A stretch of DNA of 64,000 nt from Takakia lepidozioides (taxonomy: Eukaryota; Plantae; Bryophyta). Of this stretch, positions 35,554 to 47,400 are shown one piece after another; the first letter of the stretch is position 1; every line of letters begins with the position of its first letter. The DNA lies in NCBI GenBank assembly GCA_030704615.1, contig CM060733.1, positions 62,372,001-62,436,000 on the forward strand. The letters are read 5' to 3'. The notes under the pieces were generated by a model, which was not told where the DNA came from, made no database searches, and saw only the letters and a list, made by a program, of their open reading frames with translations. The position numbers and the translations under genes were made by a program.

Positions 35554-38130
35554 TGACGAGCCCTGGTCGCGCTCGACCAGGGTGATGACATACTAGCCTA
35601 GGGGGTCGTGGCAAGTTGCGGTGTAGGTTGGGCTCAACGAACCGCCTACCCGGCTGCGGTAAGTGCAGGGGTCCGTGGCAGCTATGGACGGATCTAAACA
35701 GTCTAACTTCCTATCGGCAAAGCAAAGCTTAACAACTCCACTTCACAGGGCGATTTACGTTTCCTAGTCTTACGTTTTGTTTATGTGTTTTCTACGTCTT
35801 TAATCGTAATTGCCTTCCAAATCTTTGTTTATTACTACTTCCTATATGCTTGGACTCCCAACACGCTTATAGCCGGGACGAACCTTCAAATCCCTTCACA
35901 AAACGAATCCCGAGCCCAGGGAGACGGGGATCATCTATCTCCCGCCCAATGCCCCCCCTGAATCCCGAGGTGGATTAGTGTCCTATCTCCTAGGAAGGGA
36001 CCGGATCCGCTTTCCCAAGTCAGTCTCTCCTGCTTAGAACGATCCAAAATTCAACCTCAATGGTCAGTCCATCGGGTGATGATAACAATTCTAACCTCTA
36101 GGTAATTCCCGAGATCTAATAAAACAATGGCCGTTCCTTGGCCAGCGGCCGGGTACTTGACTTCAAATATCCTCGGCGGAAGGGGACGATACCGCCCTTA
36201 AGATTTCTGTTATTAAGTTAAGGGGGTCTGGATAAAATCCCTTAATAAAGGCCAATTACCCTGCTAAACAATAAAGAACAAATCATTAAAATATTCCTAC
36301 AAATGCATGAAATTCGTAGAAATAGAGAATCATCGTAGGATGCTGGAACTAACTAAATTACCCTCAATGTACCAGGGGAACGCCCTTTATGTCGGGAGCA
36401 TTGGGGAACCGCTCTCCACTTGGGAGCGCCCGTAGATTCCTATACCAAACCAATCAACAACGCATTAGCAACTTAAACCAGCACCGGGCCAGGATGAATG
36501 AAATCTGCCGCCCATCAATTTCTCATCTGCTCGCCACCCTGGTGTGTAAACAATGATTAAACATTCAGTGGGTCCCAGGGTCCATTCCCTGCGCCTCTTC
36601 TACCTACTTCCAATATAATCGGATTAATTTATGCAGACAACCAGCCTAGAACGAAGTTGAAACATGTCATCTTCTACCTTGTGAAACCCCCACCAGGGAT
36701 TCTCTCCTCCCTGTCTCTGGGCTCTCTCTCTTTGCCTGTGGCATCCACCCGTGAGCCGTGCTTTCACAAACCCCGGAATACATATCAAACTGATGGCCTC
36801 ACTGGGGCCTATCCAATGGTTCCAACCATTTCGTATCCTTTGCTAAAACACGCCCTCATTCCCATGCGAGAAGAACACCATGAATAGTGCACAAGAAATC
36901 AAAGGCATAGGGAGAAAACCCCCTTAAAATACCCGTCCCAGGGACCAACAGTCCCTGGCGGGGTCCGTCGTAATATCCAGCGGTTAAAACCGATACCCCG
37001 CGGCGAGCGCTACGTGGCGCGGCGTGGCTGGCCCGCCGCCGGCGCGGGTCCAGTGGGTAATAGGCAGGCTCCGTTGTCTCTGCCGCTCGTGTCGTACCTG
37101 CGCGGGCCCGGCTATGGCGCCTGGTGCTGCCACGCAGTGTACCAGCAACCCGTACTTTGCTCCAGGGGTCAACTCCCCCCACTGGGAAGGCCGCGCCACC
37201 CGTGTTAGATGCGTCTTTCCATGGCGATTCTAGGCAACCTCCTTGGTTGACTTCCAGCCCAAAGGCGCCTAAGGCGCCGGCACTTTAGTGCTGGGCTCTG
37301 CCTTTTTTGGCAGCTCTCTACAAAATAGCTTAACCACTTATATAGCTAGTTAGCATTGCATCCCATGGTCCTCTATGGCCAGGGGGCTTATGAACATAGA
37401 TATGAACTTAATAATCTGGAAATTTTGGCGATAGCTTCGCCGTCTCATGCAATATGGCCATCGTCACTAAGCTAGAAAGGGAAATTTGACAAGAGCTTTG
37501 CCACTTCATGCAAGCTCGCCCTCTCCTTAAATATAATAATGGACATCTACCCTCACTTCCATGACGTAATTGGGTTAGATTCCTAAGGCCCTGTCTCCTG
37601 GGGCTTCACACCTGTGCTCTTCACACATGTACATAGAGATGCACACACATCCTCTTTGAAAGACGGTTAGTTTTTAGCAAACAATGCTTATAAGGTCCCT
37701 TCTTGGAACAAACTTGAACAACAAATGAATTCAAGATAGTATGGTAAGTCACCCTCTGAAACAATTGGTGCTTGGGATGCACTAAATCGCTCGGTAGAAT
37801 GGTACTCAAGCCTGGTCCTCCTCTGGTACTCCTACTCGTCCTCAAGTCTCCCACTTCATGGAGCGCTTCCTCTACTTCTTGCCTCAAATGGCCACAAGGC
37901 CTTGAGCTAGGACTATCCTGCTCTCACTATGCTTGCTTCTAATACTAGAGAGCCACAAGCTCAACTCTCTAGGAACTAGCTCCCTCAAGCTCAAAACTAA
38001 TTACACAAGCAAGAGGCCAAAACAAGGTAATGAGACTAGATTGAAGAACAAGAGGAGCCTGCTCTTCTTTTATTTGTTTTTGGGGCCTCTTAAACTAGTG
38101 AAGGATAGTCGTAAACTATTATTTCCTACA
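35554..38130. mobile_element. Probable LTR-derived (Athila-like) non-coding sequence
   Basis: Interrupts the pol fragment at TGACGAG; has a CGGTAAGTGCAGGGGTCCG motif reminiscent of Athila-type LTRs; boundaries and TSD not resolved. Confidence 0.35.
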
Positions 38131-39038
38131 TGAATCTATAATTTAAAAACGATAGAACATCATAAAATAATAATCATGGATTGAAAACCTTGGTGTTAAT
38201 GATAAATCTGGTTTTTCATCCATCCAATGGATGAGCAGTTGGCGCTAGGTTGTCTTCTCATCCCTCCAGCTTGCAGGTCGAATTTCCAGTTTTCATCCAT
38301 TGGATGAACTAGAGTTCCATTTAATCGCCTTTCGCAACTACCTCCGGCGTGATAATTTGATGCCGTCTCTCATCACCTCCATAAATCCTCAAACTTGGTG
38401 ACAAATTATAATTAGGTGGCTCGTAGCTGACCGTAAAATCTCAAGGGAATCGGGGAAGAAAAGCCACATCTTTGATTGGTTTCCATGGTTTCGCCATATA
38501 GACAGTCTGCCGCTTCCTGGCAGTAAAATTACTGGTGGTGCCCCCAGGGGGTCTTTGGCCCTGCCACTGGGTCACTGTACAGATTGTTTCCTCCAATTGC
38601 CAAGACTCCTCGCCGCGTGCTCCTACTAGACTTGAAAGGCGGGAGAATAGAGAGATCACAATCCGGGACTGGAACAGTCGTCATGTATTGTTTCGAACAT
38701 GTGCATGTTGTCGTTACTGGTACCGAATTGACAACCTAACTCGCTGTCGATGCAGCTCCCTATGGTCATTTTGACGCCAGAGCTCCTCCATGGTCGTCTC
38801 ACACATAATCTAAATTTCTACGTGCTTTACCAGCGATTCCCAGATAACTCGCAAACTACCCTGCTTTGGCAGTACAATGCCTAAACTGTCTACCTTAAGA
38901 TCAAAAACGATCTGAAAAGAAATTTGTACCAATATATGCATCTACAGGGGGTCGGGACACAAGAGGGGCTGCCCCTGTGGTGGGGGCAGCAAATAGGAAA
39001 TGGGACTGAAGCACCCTTGAGTGCCGAAGGCACTCAAA

Positions 39039-40376
39039 GAGGCGGCGACGCTCACTAGGTGGTGCCCCACAAACCGGGTGGCGGTGGTGGGGGCTCCACG
39101 AGGGGTGGTGGTAGCATAGGGAGTCGTAGTGGGGGTGGCATAGGACTCACCATGGGGTTGAGGCCTTGTGGTGGGAGTCGTGGGGAGTCTTGGGACTCAC
39201 CACGGTCCATTGGGGCCGTGGTGGGTGGGCCAAGACTCACCGCGGCTCACCACTGGGACGATCGAGGGTCTAAGTGTTGGTGCACCATATTTGGACTGTG
39301 CTACTTGTGGAACCCCCGCGGACACCTACAGAAGTATATATAGGGAGTAGTAACCCCAAGAACGGTGCAAACCCGTTGGTGACCAAAAACTAGTGAGTAA
39401 GCGTGCAAACCGGAAAGCGACCAAGGTGTGGGGTCCGGACTGCCATCTACCAAAGTGTTGGCTGCGTCCAGCACCCTACTTTCTATGCTTGAACATGTTT
39501 CCATCAGCATTTGAATGTAATCGGGACTCCTTGTCCTCCCATGCCTCCAAGGCTTGCCATGCAATATTGTTTGGTGAGACATGGTTGAAGAGAATGACAT
39601 ACTCTATAGGGTCCACTGTGGAGTCAACCATACAACCATCTCTCCAAAATTCAAAACTGAATTCTTCTATCAAATGCGTCAAAATAGAAGAGGCTGCACA
39701 AAATCAACGTCGTTATTTTGACATAAGATTCCCCACAATCAAAACAAGGGCGCCGCAATTTACACTAGACAACTCTAGAGCTTATGTCGCACACCTCAAT
39801 TTGGTAACTCCCCCTTTTAGTCATAGTTACTCGCTTTGATGCGCGTGCCTAACTCCCAAACTGGCCGCCGGGCCAACTAAGAGCTTTGGCTACTCACCAG
39901 GGCATAACGGTCCCCCCCTTGCTCCTCCACGAGACCCTCGTACACTTTGGGCCTAGTGGAAATTCCCTTTGGTTGTTGGTAGTCCGGAACAGCTCCCCAC
40001 ACCTTGGTCGCTTTCCGGCTCGCACGCTTACTCACTAGCTTTTGGTTTGCACCGTTCTCAGGGTTACTACTCCCTATATATACTTTTGTAGGTGTCCGCG
40101 GGGGTTCCACAAACAGTCAAGTCCAAATCTGGTGCACCACCACCTCGACCCTTGACTCCCTGTGATGAGTCACAGTGAGTCTTGGCCTACCCACCACGGC
40201 CCCAATGGACCGTGGTGAGTCCCAAGACTCCCCACGACTCCCACCACAAGGCCTCAGCCTCATGGTGAGTCCTATGCCACCCCCACTATGGCTCCCTAAG
40301 CTACCACCACCCCTCGTGGAGCCCCCCCCACTGCAACCCGGTTTGCGGGGCTCCACCTAGGGAGCGCCTTCGCCTC
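39039..40376. repeat. ~400-bp inverted repeat pair (39039-39446 and 39975-40376) enclosing ~530 bp of unique sequence
   Basis: The arms are reverse complements; the ORF track gives near-identical peptides on opposite strands (39059+ vs 40356-). Confidence 0.92.
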
Positions 40377-40394
40377 CACTACTATAAATAGGGG

Positions 40395-40805
40395 GGGTTA
40401 GCGACGCCAGCCGCGCCCCCGCGCGCGGAGCGTGCGACGTCAGCCCCGCAGCCCCTTTTTGTGACGCCCGGGCGTCGCCATCTGGCGCAGCGTGCCATCT
40501 GCCACGCCCGCGTGTTGCCAGGTATGTTGGACCCAGCGCAAGGGGCAGGCTGCAACGCCCGGGCGTCGCAAGGTGAAATGAAGGGCAAAAAGGCAGCGGT
40601 GGCTTGCGACGGGTTTTTTTTCTTGCGACGGATGGGGGTCGCTAGTCAACGCTGGCTTTTTCTTTGAGTTACAGGGCCTAGCGTCGGGGCCAATCTGCGA
40701 CACCCGGGCATCGCAAGGTGCAGTGAAGGGCAAAAAGACAGCCCCACCCTTGCGACCGGTTTTTTTTCTTGCGACGGATAGGGGTTGCTAGTCAACGCGC
40801 CATTT
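40395..40805. repeat. GC-rich tandem repeats containing the palindrome GCGACGCCCGGGCGTCGC
   Basis: Copies near 40460, 40552 and 40697; 40550-40660 is duplicated at 40697-40805. Confidence 0.8.
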
Positions 40806-40869
40806 TTGTTTGAACTTTAAAGGGCAAGGAGAGGGGATGGGGATGGGGGATAGGACACTTGGGGGTTTC

Positions 40870-41760
40870 CCCCACCTTTTTATTTATTTATTTATTTATT
40901 TTGGCCCCTCTATCTCTCTCCCTCTCTCTCCCTCCCTCCTTGGAATTGGCTGGTTTTATCAGTGTTTTTTTTCCTGTTTTTCCATCTATACCGGATGGAC
41001 TCTAAACAGTGTTTTCACCCGCCCTATGACGATTTTTTATCCATACCGGATGAATTACTTGGGTGGACATTAAATTAACTGGGTCTATGATTTTTTCATT
41101 CCTCTTTTATTGACTTTCATCCATACCAGATGAGTCACCAGAGAATGAGGAATTACCTCTGTAGGGGTTGACACTGGCATCCTATATATAAATTTTTCCA
41201 TCCATACCGGATGAAAAATACCAGGATATTAATTCGTTTATTCCTCTTTTATGGCTTTTTTCCGTACTGGATGAGTCATTTTTTTTGGGGATGTTGGATT
41301 ACCTGTTAGGATGTGAAACCGTTGCTTTGGATGTTTATGTACTATTTTTCCATCCTACTGACGAACCTTCTCCAACTGGATGAACTTATTGATTTTTTCA
41401 TCTGAACCGGATGAAATATGCAGCCTATGATGGCCTTGGACTGTTGATTAATTGCCCTTAATTATGGCTAATTAAGGAGTGAAACCCTAACCCCTACCCT
41501 ATAACCTACTGTTTAAACCTAGCTAACGGATGACATCCGTCGGGTTTCAAAAAATGTGGCGTTGATTACTCATCCTGCCCGGGTGAAAAATCGGGCATGG
41601 CCCTAGGGTGTCTCTCCCGCCGTCCGCAGCCCTGCTCGTGCTTCTGAGCTCGCGGGATGAGAGTTATGGCGTCTGCGTTTTGCTGCTACCCTGTCTGCTG
41701 CTTCGTACCCATGCTGGACGAGCTCCTGGGGATGCGCAATGGCGGTGTTTTGTCAATCCC
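40870..41760 (+). repeat. TCATCC/GGATGA motif-rich block, copy 2
   Basis: Multiple TCCATACC(G/A)GATGA hairpin-like motifs at ~40985, 41041, 41119, 41200, 41261 and 41400; homologous to 25530-26110. Confidence 0.75.
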
Positions 41761-41979
41761 TATCCCCCCGATCCACAAATGCCTTAAAGCCATCTACCTC
41801 ACTGCGCTCCGCTCCCTCACTGCCATCATTACTAATAAGCGACAACTCGAGTCCAACCCCTCTTCGGCGCCCCAGGGTACCCGGGGGTACCCCCGGGTAC
41901 CATAGGTACTCTCGGTACTATTACCTCCTCTTGGTTACCTGGTGTCCCCTGGACACCTGTTCTCTTTATAGGGCCCACC

Positions 41980-43350
41980 CTTGAAAGGGGGCAGTAGCCA
42001 TAAGGTGAAGTGACTCTTAGTTACGCCGGCCTTGGCCGGAGTCTTTTCTCTCTCTCACATTACGTAGGTAGGGTAAAGCTATGAATACCTTCAATGATGA
42101 TCTCCCTTCAAGGATTTCCCAAAATTTGTTTTCCAAGCCCTTCCAATGCCCTAAGCTTGGCTCCACACCACCATAATTGGAAGACTTCTTCACATGCTCC
42201 CCTTCAAACCTCTTGAGCTTTATAATGCTCTCCAAGTGTTTGCCCTTGTTATCTTCAAGCCGCCTATGTAGCTCTTTGGCTTCTCTTCCACAACATCCAC
42301 ACTTTGAACTTGCTTAATCCTAGATTGCTAGTAAAATGAGCACTGACAATCCTTTAGTCGCTCTCCACAGCCATGGCATACACCATTTACTCCATAATGC
42401 ATAGAAATGATTCTCAAACCCTAGAATCTATGCTTCCACACACATAAGACTTCCTCTTTGCAATCCTTGCAAAATCTTGTGACTCAAGAGCTTTATTCTC
42501 TAGCTCTCCAACTCCTTGGTGCATGCAACACCCGAGCACATGTCTTTGCAACCCCTTGCAAGCCTTGTCATACAAGAGCTAAATTCTCCTAGTTCTCAAC
42601 CTCCTTAACATACAAGTGCAAAATTAATCCTAACACTCCACACTCACAAACATAAGGAGATCTTCTTGTAGTGATAAAAGATGAGAAATGAGGGAAGTGG
42701 AAGACAATGAAAACTCCAATCATTCCAAGTGAAATCCACTCTATCACATAAACTAAGTCAAGCCAAGGACACCTTTGCTAAAAAAATCCACCCTCCAAAG
42801 CCCTCAACACACTGCCTCTCAATACATAGAGCTATGGAGATGAGAGATGCTCACGGAGACTCAACTACAAGAAGATGAGCCCTCCTCAGGTTTGACACCT
42901 CACTTGGCATATGAGACCAAATGAAGTCCTAACACACAAAATACAAATATAGATATCCAAAATATCCTAATTAACTAGAAATAGGTAATTCTAGTTAACC
43001 ATGACTAAAACCATGACAATATATTTGTATAATGTTTTTTCTGAAAATTTCCTTAAGTCCTTGTTCTTCTACAGTGGCGGACCTTCTAGTGGACCGGGCA
43101 GACCCTTCAGCGGAGTGCGCAGACCGACTCACAGTCCACATTGCACGTAGAGTAGACCCTCTAGCGGACTTGCAGAGGGGACTAGACTGCAAAGTGGATC
43201 CTCTCCAGCGGACTTTGGGTACATCGGACTTTACAAAGTCGGTGGACCCTCCAGCAGACTCTCCAGAACACACTAGACTATCCAATGGACCCTCCGGATG
43301 GGCGCTGGGCTTATGAGCCGACCCACCGTATTGGCGGGGCCCATAGGGGC
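41980..43350. mobile_element. Probable LTR remnant
   Basis: Shares motifs with 22630-22760; internal GGACCCT/AGCGGAC repeats at 43075-43320; termini uncertain. Confidence 0.45.
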
Positions 43351-44423
43351 ATTGAAGACGTTATTATCCTAAAATGAGAGCCTTTAGTCCCAGTGCTATA
43401 AAATTCAGGGCTACCATCCCCTTTCTAAAAAATAAAATAAAATAAAATACACTCTCAATTCCTCCCCTTTCCTCAAAAAAAGGAAAAAAGAAAAAGAATA
43501 AAAGAGCCAACTGTACACCAGCCCGGTCGGTTATGTAATATCTGGGTTGATACCCGGCCGGGCCCTACATACAAGTTCAACACTGGTATGAACTCCAGAT
43601 AGATGCTAGTGTGGATCGCAGGCTGTTGGAGGTAGTATAATGTCCTCAGTGATCGTATCTAGAAGTTTTGCGATACTGATCTGGGAGTGTAACGATTCGG
43701 GGCAGATTCAGCTGTGAAGGTGCAAGTTTTGAGTTGATAGAGAAGTTTGGCGTTTCGGGAAAGGATGAAGCGAAGTTTGTTCTCGTGGAGAATGGATTAT
43801 TAAGTTTGGGAACAACAACGTGCGAGCATTTTGAGTAGATCTGAAGATTGGAGCGCAGTGGGCAGTGAAAGGTTTTGAGGACGTTCACATTGCAGCAACG
43901 GCACGAGTTCAAGCAGGAAGCTGGTGTATTGAAGAGAGCACTCTGCCTTGTTAGGTCATTTTTCTCTGATTGCGGCTTTCCAGTGATTGAGCTGAGCGTC
44001 TGACATATTGGAGGAGCGATCACAACACTTAGAGACCTTCGTGCCAGTTTACTGAGGGCGTTCAGTTCGGAGATAGTGAAAACCATACCTTGTGAAAGTG
44101 GTTATAACACTGCTCAGTGCCACGCATTCCACGATAAAACGGCCATGCCTGTCCCCCCGTCCTTCACCCCATTCACGTTCACTCCCACCAATTTTTAGAT
44201 AGACACAAATAGGGCATACTATGTGAGCCAAGTATAACGGTTGAGTAGGCGCTCAACGCAGAACTGGCAATCAATTGCAAAGATTAAAAGAAGGAAGACA
44301 GCAGAGAGGAAAGAGAGATTTGAAGACCCTTAGGAGGCTAGGGTGCGACGCCGGATTGTATGTAGGCCATGGACATAGCTGAAGCACAGGGGCAGGCAAG
44401 AGTTCTGTCATTTTCCAACTGTC

Positions 44424-47400
44424 ATGGCTCGCTCGCGAATCCGCATGAGGACCTTACCGTTCCCTGCAATTTCAACTCTGTCTTTGGTGTGTGGTTTGGC
44501 CCTGCTAGCTCTTGCTGCGCTGTCTATCATATCTGGCCGAATCCTTGATATGGAGAATTTCCAGCGCCGCTCGGGGCCTACTCCCACTCCATTTGCAGAG
44601 TCTGTTACAGTTTCAGTGGTGAGAGCCTAGTCTTCTTTGGCACGAGCACTGAATAATTTGGAGTTTCTGGAGTTGGTTTAAAGAGAGTGGTTCCTCTGTC
44701 AAGAGTGCTCACCACAGCCTGATGAAGTAATACAGGGGTTCCAAGTATTGGTCCAGGAAGTAACCTGAAGGGTAGACTTGGATGTACAATTGTTAGTCAA
44801 CTTGGACTGGTGTTTGGACTGGTACTTTGGCGAGAGGTTGAGCCAATTCAGGTTGCTATAACAAACACAAGTTATTGTATAGTACTTTCTGAAGACTCTG
44901 AAAGGTTCTGAGATGTAAAAAGAGAGTGGAGCTCTTCTGATCTAGTCTTGGGAAAGAGGGCGGGAATATGAGAAGTGAGCTGGAGCTTCTTTCAACAGAG
45001 ATTTTCACTTTCTGGAGACATTTCCAGGGACATGTTTTGGCAGGATTTGGCAAACTACATTTGAGCCTGCTAAACTGCAGGCCTGTTGGGACTGCTTACA
45101 TATCCTAAACCGTCGGCAGTCCAATATGCCTCTACCATGGAAGCACAGAGATGGAAATTCAATGTGATTGTCATTCTTCTGAGTGGTATGTTTGGGCGTG
45201 GGTATGTTGTGCTGTTTTTCAAATTATCTGCCCTGGAGCTGGTGCTAAAACTGTTCACATCCATGAAATAACCTCTGAAGGTGGTCTGTAAGGACTGGGT
45301 GCAGCCTCGGTCTAGAAGGGTACTGACCTGGCAGCTAATTGAACTATCAATAAAAAAATCTAGTGTAGTTGTAAGGGACAAGTGTACTTGCAGTAACATT
45401 TACTTTGCACGTCACATGATCACCTACCTTGAGTGTCTTATGCCTCCCTTACTGCATGGTTTTCTTTTTGTGCGGGGGTCTGGATCAGAGGAGGGAGACA
45501 TCAAATGAAACAGGCAATGATACACGACTGTTGCAACATGTGCCAGTAAGCTCTTCTCGTCCTTTTTCCTCTTAGTATCTAGAGTCTGTTTGGTGAATAT
45601 TTCTATGTCTGGCTTCTGTGGCTCTTCGAGTATGCCTCCAGCTCTCTCAACCAGAGCCCTTGTTTTCAAGCGTTCCTTTCCAAGCTGAAAGTTATGAGGT
45701 AGGATTTTAAAGGAGCCAAAGATGGAGAGGAACAGACATGACTGATAGTTTGTGTAAGTGTGTGCGGGGTCTCAGGGGCAATGGGACACATCATTAGCGC
45801 ATGTTTGGGACGCTGAAAATGCTGAATTCTACTATGGATGTAGCGATCCGAGCCCACAGTTTCCATGTAGGTGGCCATTGCTGTATTGCAACTTTCAGTT
45901 GGAAGTACCCTGCCCTCATTAGAGAGATTAGCTAGAAGTGACCTGCATGGAGAAATAGAGAGAATACTATTGACTGTTTCTGTCAATGGTGGCTATGTTT
46001 CCACGGGGGCTCAAAACTACATACTGATATTTTATGAAAGAACCATACAAAGGATAGAAGATAGGAACTTTAGAAAGTCCACAGAAAGCTGGAAATGATG
46101 GGACATGTTGCTGAGAGAGGGAGAGAGAGAGATTTTTTGCACGGTTAGTTTCTCAAATACTCCTAGAGCCTTGGGAATTGGCTTAGCTGAATGAACAAGG
46201 ATAGGCTGTCTAACCTTTCCTAATCATATCATAGTTACTGAGGTCAGTTGGTGTCGTGGCACAGTGGGGCCAAATGCGGACCACAATGGTTATTTGTTCA
46301 TTGAAGCCAGTGGTGGATTAAATCAGCAAAGAACAGGGGTAACCTTTTCCTGGCCTTGCACTGCTATTCCTCTTGCTCTTCCCTCCTTCCTGTCCAGCGG
46401 TATTTGTTATTATAACATGTGGTGATATAAAAACAAGCCGCCACTTTACACTTACTGCCAGAGAAAGCGACTTGGGCTGCCGTCATTCCGTAATACCTCT
46501 TATGATCTTACTCTCTCTCTGGTCATACAAGGTGTCTGGTGTCCACTGGTTATTTCATACATGGAAGTATATGAGCTCTCTGGTCTCACCATAGGGGTTT
46601 TACCCACCAACCCAGTTATCGTACTTCTGAGTTATTTCATCAAGAGTGGTGGGGACATGCAGATCACTGATTCTGTTGTTGTGGCGCGGTTATTGAATGC
46701 AACACTAGTTGTGCCTCATCTGGACCATCACTCCTATTGGAAAGATACCAGGTTTCTCTCCTCTCCTTTCATTTGCAAGAAAGCTATCAGCTATTTGCCA
46801 GTATCATTAGTACTGTTATGGGGCCATGCTCAGATAGTCGGAAGTGGATTTTGCCCCTCAAAGAGCTGAGGCATCTCTTCACGCCCTCAGTATGAAAGGA
46901 AGGGCCAGTCTGAAAACATATGTAGGCTTTGTTTTGAAGTATACCCCTTTTTCTTGTGTTATGTTCTTCTATAATCCCCTAACTTGTCTTGCATCCACCT
47001 CCTTGAAATGTCTCTCTTCATCACTTGGATGTCTGTGTCATGTGGGCTGGGGCATGACAGCAATTTCAGTGATATCTTTGATGTGGACTGGTTCATAGCT
47101 TCTGTTGCACATGATGTGAGAGTGATAAAAGTACCTCCTCCCAAGTTGAAAGCATTTTTAAATAAGCAGCTGTATAGCTTGCGAGTACCTCGGAAGGTCA
47201 CGCCACACTACTACCTGTCGCGGATTCTGCCAATATTGAAAAGAAGACAAGTAGGGTGTTCTTATCACTCCCATTGCTCATGATGGTTTAGTTCTATGTT
47301 CAGAGTACTACTACAATGTAAATGTGCCATCTGGTAGATGGTCTCTCGTGTGTTTGCTGGATGGGTTGTCTTTCTTTAGTTACTTTGTCCTGTGCCAATA

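Noticed and set aside
39016-39058. Helitron 3' end (hairpin plus CTAG)
   Set aside because: The CTAG is followed by G rather than T and lies inside the inverted-repeat arm.
39055-40360. Gly- or Pro-rich ORFs in the inverted arms
   Set aside because: By-products of GC-rich inverted repeats.
42660-42673. Right CACTA TIR (TTGTAGTG)
   Set aside because: Only ~8 bp match the left end, the 3-bp TSD does not match, and there are no subterminal repeats.
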